A stretch of 64,000 nucleotides of DNA from an uncultured Actinomycetota bacterium (GCA_963753435.1 CAVWCF010000001.1:1472001-1536000); one strand, 5' to 3'. Positions 23,503-33,214 are shown, counted from the stretch's first letter. Made by a program: numbers and translations. The notes: generated from the sequence alone by a model not told the origin.

Positions 23503-23905
23503 CGGTTGCGGTCACCTCGCCGGAGAAGGTCACGTCGATCAGTTGGCCCAGTTCCTCGTCGTACACGTTGTACTGGGACGCGGAGAAGGTGCATTCCGTA
23601 ACGTCGCGGCCGCTCTGCTGCGCCTTCTTGGCGACGGACCCCTCGTCGCTGAAGGAGTCGATCACGTTGGTGGTGCCCGGCTCGTAGGCAGTTGCACTGA
23701 ACGTGCCGAAGGCGATGGGAACAAAGACGGTCCCATCCGCGGCCAGAGCCGGAGTCCATTGGCCTCTCCCGGTACCGACGACGGTTCCGTCGAAGCCGTT
23801 GTCGCACGTCAACTGGAACGTTTCCTTCTCGGCCGCAGAAGCGGGTGCCGCGAGCCCGGTGACAACTAGTGCAGCGCTGGCGGCAACAAGGGCGAACTTG
23901 AGCAT
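23492..23905 (-). CDS. Small secreted hypothetical protein
   Basis: Sec signal ending APASA, GGAGG RBS, two Cys. Confidence 0.7.
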   Translation of the reverse strand: MLKFALVAASAALVVTGLAAPASAAEKETFQLTCDNGFDGTVVGTGRGQWTPALAADGTVFVPIAFGTFSATAYEPGTTNVIDSFSDEGSVAKKAQQSGRDVTECTFSASQYNVYDEELGQLIDVTFSGEVTATVKR

Positions 23906-23998
23906 GGGTGTCCCCTCCATTGCGGCGACCTAGGTCGCCGGGACGGGCGGTACTGCCCGTCTCCTACTTGTCGTGGCGGAGCGGGCAGTTGGTTCCGG

Positions 23999-24583
23999 CT
24001 AGTCGCCGGTGATCTCGGTGCGGTGGAAGTTCAGGAAGCTGCGGCTGGGCGTGGGTCCGCGCTGGCCTTGGTACCGGGAGCCGTAGACCTGTGACCCGTA
24101 CGGGTGTTCTGCCGGTGACGACAGCCGGAAGAGGCACAACTGGCCGATCTTCATGCCGGGCCACAACTTGATCGGCAGCGTCGCGACGTTGCTCAACTCC
24201 AATGTCACGTGGCCGCTGAACCCGGGGTCGATGAAGCCGGCGGTGGAGTGCGTCAGCAGACCCAGCCGCCCCAGCGAGGACTTGCCCTCCAGCCGGCCGG
24301 CCACATCGTCGGGCAGCGTGATGACCTCGTACGTCGACGCCAGCGCGAACTCTCCAGGGTGCAGGATGAATGGTTCGTCGCTGTTGGCCTCGACCATTCT
24401 GGTGAGGTCGGGCTGCTCGACGGATGGGTCGATGTGCGGGTAGCGGTGGTTCTCGAAGACACGGAAGAAGCGGTCCAGGCGAACGTCGACGCTGGACGGC
24501 TGGACCATTGCCGCGTCGAACGGCTCAACCCCTACACGGCCGGCGTCAACTTCTGCGCGGATATCGCGGTCGGACAGCAGCAT
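23999..24583 (-). CDS. dcd: dCTP deaminase
   Basis: [29 protein letters not shown]. Confidence 0.97.
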   Translation of the reverse strand: MLLSDRDIRAEVDAGRVGVEPFDAAMVQPSSVDVRLDRFFRVFENHRYPHIDPSVEQPDLTRMVEANSDEPFILHPGEFALASTYEVITLPDDVAGRLEGKSSLGRLGLLTHSTAGFIDPGFSGHVTLELSNVATLPIKLWPGMKIGQLCLFRLSSPAEHPYGSQVYGSRYQGQRGPTPSRSFLNFHRTEITGD

Positions 24584-24693
24584 GCGCGGAGGCTACCGGC
24601 GGGTGGTGTGGCCCTCACGGTTGCCCGATGGGGCGCGCGCCGGACCGCCGATATCGGGCATACTCTGCTCATTCCCGACATGAAGTCGGCTGC

Positions 24694-24767
24694 GCGGGTG
24701 TAGTTCAATGGTAGAACTTCAGCTTCCCAAGCTGACAGTGCGAGTTCGATTCTCGTCACCCGCTCCA
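24694..24767 (+). tRNA. tRNA-Gly(CCC)
   Basis: GCGGGTG/CACCCGC acceptor stem, TCAGC-TTCCCAA-GCTGA anticodon arm, GTTCGATTC T-loop, encoded CCA. Confidence 0.97.
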
Positions 24768-24823
24768 CGTCCGGGCTTGGTCCGGCATTCGGCCCGGGAC
24801 ACGTCCCTCCAGGCGAGGTCCAC

Positions 24824-25279
24824 ATGCAGGTACGGCAAGCCAACTCTGATGACGCCGCTGACATCGCCCGGCTTCTGGTCGACTTCAACAACGAGTTCGA
24901 CACTCCGACGCCGCAGCCGCAGGTCCTCGCCGAGCGCCTCCGGACGCTGCTGACCGAGCCGACCACCGCGGCCTTCCTTGTGGGTGACCCGCCCATCGGT
25001 TTGGCGTTGCTGACCGCCCGCCCCAACGTCTGGCATGACGGGCCGGTGACCTTGTTGGACGAGTTGTATGTAGCGCCGGCTCACCGCAACCAGGGCCTGG
25101 GTTCCGGACTGCTGGCCGCCGCCGAAGCGTGGACGCGCAGCATCGGCGGATCCCTCCTGGAGATCGACGTCGACGGCGCCGACTCCGACGCGCGGCGCTT
25201 CTACGAGCGGCATGGCTACGGCTGTGTGCCGCCGGGGGAGCCGGAGCCGAGCTTGCGCTACTACCGCGAGTTGGGCTGA
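24824..25279 (+). CDS. GNAT family N-acetyltransferase
   Basis: LYVAPAHRNQGLG motif A, ARRFYERHG. Confidence 0.9.
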   Translation: MQVRQANSDDAADIARLLVDFNNEFDTPTPQPQVLAERLRTLLTEPTTAAFLVGDPPIGLALLTARPNVWHDGPVTLLDELYVAPAHRNQGLGSGLLAAAEAWTRSIGGSLLEIDVDGADSDARRFYERHGYGCVPPGEPEPSLRYYRELG

Positions 25280-25285
25280 GGCGTA

Positions 25286-25642
25286 CTACTCCGGCTGACC
25301 GCTCAGGACGATGGCAAGGTCGGCAAGCGCTGCTGGTTCGACTCGGTAGTACGTCCAGGTGCCCCGGCGCTCAGCGGACACCAGCCCGGCCTCGGCCAGG
25401 CGGCGCAGGTGGTGCGTGACCGTCGGCTGGGTCAACCCCATCTCCTCGGTCACGTCGCATGTGCACGCCTCGCCGTCTTCGTAGGACATCAGCAGCGACA
25501 GCAGGCGCAGGCGGGCCGGATCCCCAAGAGCCTTGAACCTCTGGGCCAGTTGTCCCGCTTCCGCTGTTGTCAGCGGGGCATCAACGAGCGGGGCGCAGCA
25601 GGCGGTGGCTATTGCCTGCACGACTGGCAAGGGTTTCGGCAC
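25286..25642 (-). CDS. arsR: ArsR-family arsenic-responsive repressor
   Basis: N-terminal CC, FKALGDPARLRLL, EACTCD, LTQPTVTHHL. Confidence 0.88.
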   Translation of the reverse strand: MPKPLPVVQAIATACCAPLVDAPLTTAEAGQLAQRFKALGDPARLRLLSLLMSYEDGEACTCDVTEEMGLTQPTVTHHLRRLAEAGLVSAERRGTWTYYRVEPAALADLAIVLSGQPE

Positions 25643-25662
25643 GACCGGAGTCTCTCATGGAA

Positions 25663-25734
25663 ATAGATGACTGTCTATGGTTGACAAGACCTGCGAGATG
25701 GCTCACTGTAGGCGCCACATAGACATCCATCAAT
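25663..25734. promoter_or_regulatory. Probable pair of ArsR operators between divergent arsR and arsI
   Basis: ATAGA-N6-TCTAT palindrome (25663-25678) and related ATAGA-N6-TCAAT (25719-25734) in an AT-richer spacer. Confidence 0.6.
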
Positions 25735-25747
25735 TACAAGGAGCGCA

Positions 25748-26194
25748 ATGTCGAACGCACGTGTCCAGTTGGCTCTCAACGTCGCCGACATCGATGAGTC
25801 GGTCGACTTCTACTCCCGACTCTTCAACACACAGCCGGCGAAGCTGCGGCCGGGTTACGCCAATTTTGACGTAGCCGAGCCCCCGCTGAAGTTGGTGCTC
25901 ATTCAAGGTGGCGAGCCGGGCTCGCTGAACCACCTCGGCGTTCAGGTCGGCGACCCCGCCACGGTGGCCGAGGCGGCCGAGCGACTTGCTGCCGCGGGAA
26001 TGGCCACTCGTATGGAAGAGGAGTCCACCTGCTGCTACGCCGTACAGGACAAGGTGTGGGTGGCCGGTCCTGGTGGTGAGCAGTGGGAGGTCTACACGGT
26101 GCTCGATGACGCCGGTTCGGAGTACGAGGGGACGACGCAACTGTCCGGGGGAGCCCGCCCGCCGCTGGAATTGACCGGAACCGGCTGCTGCTGA
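25748..26194 (+). CDS. ArsI/CadI family VOC metalloenzyme (organoarsenical C-As lyase-like)
   Basis: RVQLALNV, PAKLRPGYANF, LNHLG, TCCYAVQDKVWV, C-terminal CC. Confidence 0.88.
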   Translation: MSNARVQLALNVADIDESVDFYSRLFNTQPAKLRPGYANFDVAEPPLKLVLIQGGEPGSLNHLGVQVGDPATVAEAAERLAAAGMATRMEEESTCCYAVQDKVWVAGPGGEQWEVYTVLDDAGSEYEGTTQLSGGARPPLELTGTGCC

Positions 26195-26216
26195 GCCGGC
26201 ACGGACCAGCCAGCGA

Positions 26217-26612
26217 CTAGCGCGAGCGGCCCACCAGCCCGTCCAGGAGCCGCATGGCTTCCGTCGCCCTATCGGCGGGCACGAACAGGTGGTCGTGGAA
26301 GTAGCCGGCGATCACGTTGCAGCTCATCCCGGCGTCGGCCAACTCGGTAGCGACGGCGGCCGTCAGCCCGACCGCTTCGAGCGCCGAATGCACCTGGAGC
26401 GTGATCATCGCCGCGACGAAGTCGTACGGCAGACCGGCGGCGTCGGCGTCTTCGCGTCTAAGGACGAGGGTCAGTCCTTCGACCTCGCGCACTGTGGCTA
26501 CAGGTTCGAGTCCCGGTGGCGTGTCGTCCACCGACACGAACACGTAGGAGTCGGGCCGCAACTGCGGTCGCATTGTCTGCAGCAACTTGCGGATGTCGGT
26601 CTCGCCGCTCAT
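26217..26612 (-). CDS. ACT-domain protein (DUF2241-like)
   Basis: MSGETDIRKLL, REVEGLTLV, ITLQVHSALEAVGLTAA, CNVIAGYFHDHLFVP. Confidence 0.85.
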   Translation of the reverse strand: MSGETDIRKLLQTMRPQLRPDSYVFVSVDDTPPGLEPVATVREVEGLTLVLRREDADAAGLPYDFVAAMITLQVHSALEAVGLTAAVATELADAGMSCNVIAGYFHDHLFVPADRATEAMRLLDGLVGRSR

Positions 26613-26649
26613 GCCCCCAGCATGGCGGCTCACACCGGTACCGGGCGAT

Positions 26650-26860
26650 CCTGGCCCACCTGATGGGCCTGTATGCCGACGCGGGGCTGGAGCAGGATTT
26701 CCGGGAGCGCTGGAGTCCGCCGTCCGGTAGGGCCTTGGACATGGGCAAGTCGTGTGTCCGGTTCCGGCGGATCGAGGACGCCGATCTGCCGCTGCTGGGC
26801 GAGATGGTCGCCGCGGTCGGGGTCGACCCGTTCCTGAAGTACTACGAATCGGTGCGCTAG
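26650..26860 (+). pseudogene. 5'-truncated DUF1801 (YdhG-like) gene remnant
   Basis: Only the C-terminal part LMGLYAD...LDMGKSCVRFRRIED...YYESVR* is present; there is no room for an N-terminus before the divergent ACT gene. Confidence 0.65.
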
Positions 26861-26925
26861 CCCACGACAGGCCCCCGCCGCGCGGCTGCGGAGTTTCCAC
26901 CTTGCCGCGTGCGCCCACTTGCGTT

Positions 26926-26966
26926 TGTTACCGCTCGGTAGCATCATTGGTTACCGGCGAGTAACA
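26926..26966. promoter_or_regulatory. Tandem palindromic operators upstream of fadE5 (FdmR/TetR-like)
   Basis: TGTTACCGCTCGGTAGCA and GGTTACCGGCGAGTAACA, 23 bp apart. Confidence 0.6.
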
Positions 26967-27003
26967 TAGCCGGGCATGGTCGTCACATGGGAGGAGCGGC
27001 CTC

Positions 27004-28833
27004 ATGGGCCACTACAAGTCGAACCTTCGCGACATCGAGTTCAACCTCTTTGAGGTGTTGCAGCGGGAAGCCGTCTTCGGGACCGGCCCGTTCGCCGAAA
27101 TGGACGCGGAGACCGCGCGCACCGTTCTGCATGAGGTGGAGGCCCTGGTCTCCGGGCCCGTCGCCGACGCCTGGGCTGACGCGGACCGCAACCCGCCCGT
27201 CTACGACGCCGAGTCCAAGTCCGTGACCATGCCGGAGGCATTCAAGGCCGCCTACCGCACGTGGATGGACGCGGAGTGGTGGCGCATGGAGCTTCCGACA
27301 CACCTGGGCGGCATCGCCGCGCCACCGAGCCTGCGCTGGGCGGCGGCGGAGATGCCGTTGGGTGGAAACCCGGCGCTGTTCATGTACTCCTCCGGACCGG
27401 CTTTCGCCGCGATGCTCGACCACCTGGGTACCGACGAGCAGAAGAAGCTGGCCGGCTGGATGATCGAGAAGTCCTGGGGCGCAACGATGGTGCTGACGGA
27501 GCCGGACGCTGGCTCCGACGTCGGCGCCGGTCGAGCCAAGGCCGTGCAACAGGACGACGGGAGCTGGCACATCACCGGCGTCAAGAGGTTCATCACCTCC
27601 GGTGAGCACGACATGGCCGACAACATCGTGCACCTGGTGCTGGCGCGCCCGGAGGGCGCCGGTGCCGGTACCAAGGGCTTGTCGCTGTTCACGGTCCCGA
27701 AGTTCAACGTCGACTTGGAAACCGGTGAGTTGACCGGTCGCAACGGCGTTTACGCCACCAACGTCGAGAAGAAGATGGGGCTGAAGGCATCCACCACTTG
27801 TGAACTGACGTTCGGTGAGAAGGAACCGGCCGTCGGTTCGCTCGTCGGCGATGTGCACGACGGCATCGCCCAGATGTTCATGGTCATCGAGTACGCCCGC
27901 ATGCTCGTCGGCACGAAGGCGATCTCCACGCTTTCGACCGGCTACCTGAACGCGCTGGAGTACGCCAAGGAGCGCGTGCAGGGCGCGGACATGACGCAGA
28001 TGCTGGACAAGACGGCCCCGCGCGTCACCGTCATGCATCACCCGGACGTCCGGCGTTCGCTGATGCTGCAGAAGGCCTACGCCGAAGGCATGCGCGCGCT
28101 GGTCCTCTACACCGCCACCTGGCAGGACGCGGTTACGTTGGCCAAGGCCGCCGGTGAGGACGCGGACACCGCGGAGCGGATGAACGACTTGCTGCTGCCG
28201 ATCGTCAAGGGCGTCGGCTCGGAGCGTGCTTACGAAATGTTGGCGCAGAGCCTGCAGACTCTCGGCGGCTCGGGCTACCTGCAGGACTACCCGATCGAGC
28301 AGTACCTGCGCGACGCCAAGATCGACACCTTGTACGAGGGCACCACGGCGATTCAGGGCCTGGACCTGTTCTTCCGCAAGATGGTCCGCGACCAGTTCCG
28401 CTCCGTTGCGCTGTTGGCCGGGGACATCACCGAGTTCGTCAAGTCCGACGCCGGCAACGGCAAGCTGGCTACCGAGCGGGAGTTGCTCGGCAGGGCACTT
28501 GAGGACGTTCAGGGCATCCTCGGTGCGCTGGGCGGCTTCGCGATGAAGTCCCAGGAACAGCCGACGGAGATCTACAAGGTCGGGCAGAACACGACGCGGC
28601 TGCTGATGGCCGCCGGTGACCTGGTGATCGGCTGGCTGTTGCTACGGCAGGCGCAGGTGGCCCTGGCCGCCCTTGATGGCGAACCGTCGGAATCCGACCG
28701 CGACTTCTACACCGGCAAGGTGGCCGTGGCGAAGTTCTTCGCTCGCACGGTGCTGCCCCGGTTGAGCGCAGAGCGCGCCGTGGCCGAGGCCACGGACAAC
28801 GACCTGATGGACGTCCCCGAGTCAGCGTTCTAA
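27004..28833 (+). CDS. Acyl-CoA dehydrogenase, FadE5 type
   Basis: [42 protein letters not shown]-terminal extension. Confidence 0.93.
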   Translation: MGHYKSNLRDIEFNLFEVLQREAVFGTGPFAEMDAETARTVLHEVEALVSGPVADAWADADRNPPVYDAESKSVTMPEAFKAAYRTWMDAEWWRMELPTHLGGIAAPPSLRWAAAEMPLGGNPALFMYSSGPAFAAMLDHLGTDEQKKLAGWMIEKSWGATMVLTEPDAGSDVGAGRAKAVQQDDGSWHITGVKRFITSGEHDMADNIVHLVLARPEGAGAGTKGLSLFTVPKFNVDLETGELTGRNGVYATNVEKKMGLKASTTCELTFGEKEPAVGSLVGDVHDGIAQMFMVIEYARMLVGTKAISTLSTGYLNALEYAKERVQGADMTQMLDKTAPRVTVMHHPDVRRSLMLQKAYAEGMRALVLYTATWQDAVTLAKAAGEDADTAERMNDLLLPIVKGVGSERAYEMLAQSLQTLGGSGYLQDYPIEQYLRDAKIDTLYEGTTAIQGLDLFFRKMVRDQFRSVALLAGDITEFVKSDAGNGKLATERELLGRALEDVQGILGALGGFAMKSQEQPTEIYKVGQNTTRLLMAAGDLVIGWLLLRQAQVALAALDGEPSESDRDFYTGKVAVAKFFARTVLPRLSAERAVAEATDNDLMDVPESAF

Positions 28834-28872
28834 CCCGAGCACACCAACCGAAACACGCAGACCCCTCCGACA

Positions 28873-28944
28873 CCCCGCGGCACCGTCACCCCCCCAAGGT
28901 GCCGCGGGGCCGAAGGCCCCCGCTCCTCCCAGCGGGGGCCTTCG
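28873..28944 (+). terminator. Two tandem perfect hairpins with C-rich loops (terminator or 6C-like RNA)
   Basis: 12-bp stem CCCCGCGGCACC/GGTGCCGCGGGG with loop GTCACCCCCCCAA; 14-bp stem CGAAGGCCCCCGCT/AGCGGGGGCCTTCG with loop CCTCCC. Lies between convergent genes. Confidence 0.75.
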
Positions 28945-28971
28945 TATGTGTGGGTCTGGGCGAAGCGCTGG

Positions 28972-30741
28972 CTATCCGGAGAGCGCGATCTGCAGCCGTT
29001 CCGCCGCACCCTCGACGATCCGTACGGGGATGCCCCAGTCCTGTTGGTGGATGTGACAAGCGGCGTTGTCGCCGTCCTCGCAGCTGGCCGCGGTCGCCGC
29101 GACATGCAGGATGCCGTCGCCGACGGCTGGGTCGAGCCGCAGTGTTCGGCGCAGGTCGGTGGTTCGGCCTTCACCTTCGGCGAGCAGTTGCGGGGGAGTC
29201 GCAGTGATGTGCAGCCGGCTCGACGGTCCGTAGCGCTCGTCCAACTTCTGGCCGGGCGGTGGCGTGAAGAGCACTTCCAACTCAACCGTCGCGCCGACTT
29301 CGGTGGTTGGCCGCTGGGTGCGGTGCTCTTCGCTGCCGACGAGCTCGCCGGCGGTGATCGTCACGCTCGTCAGTCGGTGGGCGGCGGACTCCACGACCAG
29401 CAGGTCGGCGCCATCGAGAACCAACCCGCTCGGCTCGGCCAGTCCGGTCGCGAGTGTCCTTAGTTCATCGGCCTTGACGTCATACACGCGTACGGCGCCG
29501 TTGTAGGTGTCGGCCACGGCAATACGGCCGTCGCCTATCACCGTGACCCCGAGCGGGTGCTGGAGCAGCGCGTCGATCGCATCGCCGTCTCGGTGCCCGA
29601 AGTCGAACAGGCCGCGACCGATCACAGTGCTGACGCGGTACTCGGTGTTCGTCATCTCGACATAGCGCAGCGCCGACGTCTCGGAGTCGACGAACCAAAG
29701 CCGGTCACCGTCGGCGGCCAGACCGGAAGGCTGGGCCAGCCAGGCTTCGTCGGCCGGGCCGTCCCGCAGGCCTTCGTTGGTCGTGCCCGCCACCACTTCG
29801 ACTTCGCCGGTAGTCGGATCGAAAGCCCAAAGTTGGTGGATGCCCGCCATCGCGATCCACACGCGGTCGTGCCACCAGGCGACGTCCCACGGGCTCGACA
29901 GGGACGTGACCGGATCGCCCTGCATCCACTGGCGCCCGTCACCGGCGAGCGTGCTGACTTCGCCGGTGTTCAGACTCAACCCCCGCAACCTGTGATTGAC
30001 GGTGTCGGCGATGACGACGTCGTATCCCACTTGCGCGGCTACATCAGCCGGCAGCAGGCACAACCCGTTCGGCTCGTTGAACTGCGCGCTCTCGGCCGGA
30101 CCATCTGCGTGACCGCGCTCACCCGTCCCGTGCCGCCGCACAACATCGGCGTCACGAAGTAGGGCCACGGAGTGCTGCCCAGCGTCGGCAACGAGCAGAC
30201 CCGTAGTGGTGTGCACTGCTTTGGCGGGGAAGCGCAGCATCGTGGCGTCCGCCGCGGGAGCAACGAACGGCCCCGCCTTTCGCTGCAGCGTTCCCTCAGC
30301 TTCGGCTAGGGGAACCAGTTCCCGCAGCAACGCGGTGAGCGCGTGCGCATGCCCTTCTCCGGAGCCGGTCCAGGCGATGCGGCCGGCCGGGTCGACAAGA
30401 ACGAGCGTCGGCCAGGCCTTGATGGCGTAGGCGTTCCAGGTAACCAGGTCCGGGTCGTCCAGGACCGGGTGTTCGACGCCATAGCGCGCCACGGCCGCCA
30501 GCACCGAGGTGTGTTCGGCTTCGTGCACGAACTTCGGCGAATGGACGCCGACAACGACGAGGGCGTCGGCGAACTCCGCCTCGACCGGGCGGAGTTCGTC
30601 CAGCACGTGCAAGCAGTTGATGCAGCAGTAGGTCCAGAAATCGAGAAGGAGAAAACGCCCGCGGAAATCGCTCAGCGAGTAGGCCTGTCCGCCGGTGTTG
30701 ATCCAACCGCCACGGCCAACGAGTTCAGGAGCGCGCACCAT
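28972..30741 (-). CDS. Thioredoxin-like plus NHL-repeat protein (NHLRC2/SOQ1-like)
   Basis: DFWTYCCINC, GVHSPKF, AWPTL, NHL repeats (ADTVNH, SPWD, AQPSG, QHPLG, ADTYN). Confidence 0.9.
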   Translation of the reverse strand: MVRAPELVGRGGWINTGGQAYSLSDFRGRFLLLDFWTYCCINCLHVLDELRPVEAEFADALVVVGVHSPKFVHEAEHTSVLAAVARYGVEHPVLDDPDLVTWNAYAIKAWPTLVLVDPAGRIAWTGSGEGHAHALTALLRELVPLAEAEGTLQRKAGPFVAPAADATMLRFPAKAVHTTTGLLVADAGQHSVALLRDADVVRRHGTGERGHADGPAESAQFNEPNGLCLLPADVAAQVGYDVVIADTVNHRLRGLSLNTGEVSTLAGDGRQWMQGDPVTSLSSPWDVAWWHDRVWIAMAGIHQLWAFDPTTGEVEVVAGTTNEGLRDGPADEAWLAQPSGLAADGDRLWFVDSETSALRYVEMTNTEYRVSTVIGRGLFDFGHRDGDAIDALLQHPLGVTVIGDGRIAVADTYNGAVRVYDVKADELRTLATGLAEPSGLVLDGADLLVVESAAHRLTSVTITAGELVGSEEHRTQRPTTEVGATVELEVLFTPPPGQKLDERYGPSSRLHITATPPQLLAEGEGRTTDLRRTLRLDPAVGDGILHVAATAASCEDGDNAACHIHQQDWGIPVRIVEGAAERLQIALSG

Positions 30742-30794
30742 GAATGCATCCTCACCGACCTGCCGCTCTCTGGCTTGCGCTTCGCAGCCGTCTG

Positions 30795-31409
30795 TTATCC
30801 GTCCACTGCCTGGCGGGGACCGCGACTGCTAGGTGCGATCAGGAGCACAATGCCGGCCAGACCGGCCAGGACGATCCACGCAGTGACGTCGCCCGGTCCG
30901 GCCGCGCCCGGCAGCGGCAGCGCTTCCCAGGTGCGATAGGCCGGGTTGAATAGGGCCAGGCCGAGGATGGTGAATCCGAGCGCGCTGGCGATCACATCAC
31001 CAGGCGTCGACCTGCCAAAGCGGCGCAAGAGTGCAGCACCGGCCACGGCCAGCAGCGCGAGGCAGGAGGGCAGCAGCGCCAGTAGCCAGGCTTGGGGCGT
31101 GGGCTCAGCCGCGTTCCACCACCAGGCCAGGCCACAGATTGCGGCGACGACAGCGAGCAGTCCGAGTAGGCGTCCGGCCAGGTCCCACCAGGGGCTGCGC
31201 GGTGATGCGGCCACCACGGACACGGACGGGTCGTCCAGCAGGAAGGCGGCCGGTACGGCCAGGAGCAACAGCCCACCCCGTACTGCGCCAACAGCCCAGT
31301 CCTGGCCGTGGAAGCTCATGCCGATGATGAAGAGGATCAGCCCTGGCACGGCCGCGCCGGCCACGACGATCCAGTTGATCGCCCTCGCGGTGTGACCGGT
31401 GATGGCCAT
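30795..31409 (-). CDS. Putative ABC transporter membrane subunit
   Basis: Multi-TM protein with AFLLDDPS...ASPRS motif; start ATG 31409 coupled to the upstream gene. Confidence 0.65.
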   Translation of the reverse strand: MAITGHTARAINWIVVAGAAVPGLILFIIGMSFHGQDWAVGAVRGGLLLLAVPAAFLLDDPSVSVVAASPRSPWWDLAGRLLGLLAVVAAICGLAWWWNAAEPTPQAWLLALLPSCLALLAVAGAALLRRFGRSTPGDVIASALGFTILGLALFNPAYRTWEALPLPGAAGPGDVTAWIVLAGLAGIVLLIAPSSRGPRQAVDG

Positions 31410-32290
31410 CAGCCCAGCAGAGACCACAGGTAGGTAGCTGCCGCAGCGATTCCGAACCCTGCACCGATGCGGGTCCACCGATGACGAGTCGCCCCGACGG
31501 CGTCCTTCATCACCGCCGCCCAGCACGCGAGCCCGGACAAACTGATGGCGTAAAGCAGGTGACCGATCGGAGATCCCTCTCGGATTCCCAGCAGTTCCGC
31601 ATCTTGGCCCTCGGGCTGATTGATCACCATCCAGTCCGCGTAGGGCATGCCCGCTGCAGTTGCCTGGACGAACACGTTGTCGCCGACTCCGGGTACCTGA
31701 ATGGCACCGCTGACGAAGAACAGCGTCGTAACTGTCACGACTAGTGCGACCAGAACACCGGCGCCCGGGAAGCGCAGCCATCGCCCCGCCGCGACACCCA
31801 GGGCCGGGGCGCCGAAGGATGCGACAACCCACCCGTCCACCTGCATCGCCAGAACGGCTAGCCAACCACCGGCGGTGGGCACCAGATCCGGCGGCGGCGG
31901 CCAGACCGCCCACGTGATGAGCCGCAGGGTCAGCATGGCCAGACCTGCAGCCGCAGGGACCAGGCAGGCCCCCAACAGGGCCAGAGTCCTGGTGGTGGCA
32001 GCCGTGGGGGCGCTGGGCAGGAGGGCGAGGGCGCGATCCTCAGTTCGGGTAAGCCGGTAGCCGACCACGATTCCGAACACCCCGAGGAAGAAGGCACCGG
32101 ACACGTGGTCGCCAAGCGTGTAGTAACTGTTGGGCGCGTCGTCGGACATGGCGATCGCTGTGAACGAAAGAAGTGCCAGCGGTACCAGGAACAGAGGGTG
32201 GCTGGCGTAGCGCTTGGCCTGGATCCAGGTCAGTTGGCGCAGGACAGCCCGCTCGTCGGCGGGGGTCCGGGTTTGCGTCGAAACAGTCAT
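31409..32290 (-). CDS. Putative ABC permease (paralog 2)
   Basis: About 6 TM segments; same operon as the ATPase; long blocks shared with 32300-33214. Confidence 0.75.
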   Translation of the reverse strand: MTVSTQTRTPADERAVLRQLTWIQAKRYASHPLFLVPLALLSFTAIAMSDDAPNSYYTLGDHVSGAFFLGVFGIVVGYRLTRTEDRALALLPSAPTAATTRTLALLGACLVPAAAGLAMLTLRLITWAVWPPPPDLVPTAGGWLAVLAMQVDGWVVASFGAPALGVAAGRWLRFPGAGVLVALVVTVTTLFFVSGAIQVPGVGDNVFVQATAAGMPYADWMVINQPEGQDAELLGIREGSPIGHLLYAISLSGLACWAAVMKDAVGATRHRWTRIGAGFGIAAAATYLWSLLG

Positions 32291-32299
32291 TGATCGCCC

Positions 32300-33214
32300 C
32301 TATCCGAACAGTGCCCAGGTCAGCGACAGCGATGCTCCGATCGCGCAGATCCAGCCGATCGAGACCCACCGCCGGCGCACCGCGCCCTCGGCAACGCGGA
32401 TCATGGCCGCCCAACACGCGAGACCCGACAGGAAGAACGCGTAGAGCATGTGCCCGACTTGCGAGCCATCGCGGACGGCGGCCAACTCACACCCGAACTG
32501 TTCCCCAGTTTCGCCGCCTCCTTCGCAGGTGACGACCGCGTACGACGTCCAGGGCATCGTGGTCGCGGCCGCCTGCAACGCCACCACGTCTTCGCGGGCA
32601 CCTTCGCCGGCGTCAGTCTGGCTCGCGGCACCGGATGCGACGGCCACGATGACCGTCAGCAGTACGGCGACGAGCACACCAGCCCCGGGGAAGCGAAGCC
32701 AACGTGCGGCCGCGACACCCAAGGCCGGCCCGCCGAAGGATGCGATGACGATTCCGTCGAGCAGCACGACCGCCGCCACGCCCGGCCCGCCAATCGCGTC
32801 GACGAGCCCGGGGTAGGGCGCCCAAACGGTGTACGCCACCAGCCGCAAGAGGAGGTAGCCGAGTGCCGCTGCGGCCGGCACTAGGCACGCACCGAGCAGA
32901 GCCAGCGTGCGAGTGCTGGCACTTACCGGCGTGCTCGGCAGCAGGGCGAGTGCGCGGTCCTCGGTCCGCGTCAACCGGTAGCTGACCACCAGACCGAGCA
33001 CGCCAAGAAGGAACGCCGCCTGCCAGCCCGCGGCCGCGAACGTCGAAGGGTCAGTGGGTGCGTCGTTCGCAATGGCCGCGAATCCGACGAGCAGCAGGAC
33101 GACGCCGATGATGAACAGCGGGTGCGTCGCGTAGCGCTTGGCGTGGATCCAGGTCAGTTGGCGCAGGACGGCCCGCTCATCGACGGTGTTGCTGGCTACC
33201 GTCGAGGTGCTCAT
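32300..33214 (-). CDS. Putative ABC permease (paralog 1)
   Basis: Start ATG 33214 overlaps the ATPase stop; about 6 TM segments. Confidence 0.75.
   Translation of the reverse strand: MSTSTVASNTVDERAVLRQLTWIHAKRYATHPLFIIGVVLLLVGFAAIANDAPTDPSTFAAAGWQAAFLLGVLGLVVSYRLTRTEDRALALLPSTPVSASTRTLALLGACLVPAAAALGYLLLRLVAYTVWAPYPGLVDAIGGPGVAAVVLLDGIVIASFGGPALGVAAARWLRFPGAGVLVAVLLTVIVAVASGAASQTDAGEGAREDVVALQAAATTMPWTSYAVVTCEGGGETGEQFGCELAAVRDGSQVGHMLYAFFLSGLACWAAMIRVAEGAVRRRWVSIGWICAIGASLSLTWALFG

Noticed and set aside
24768-27000. Integrated element or prophage at tRNA-Gly (also considered at tRNA-Phe, 55768)
   Set aside because: No integrase, phage genes or duplicated tRNA 3' end found by eye
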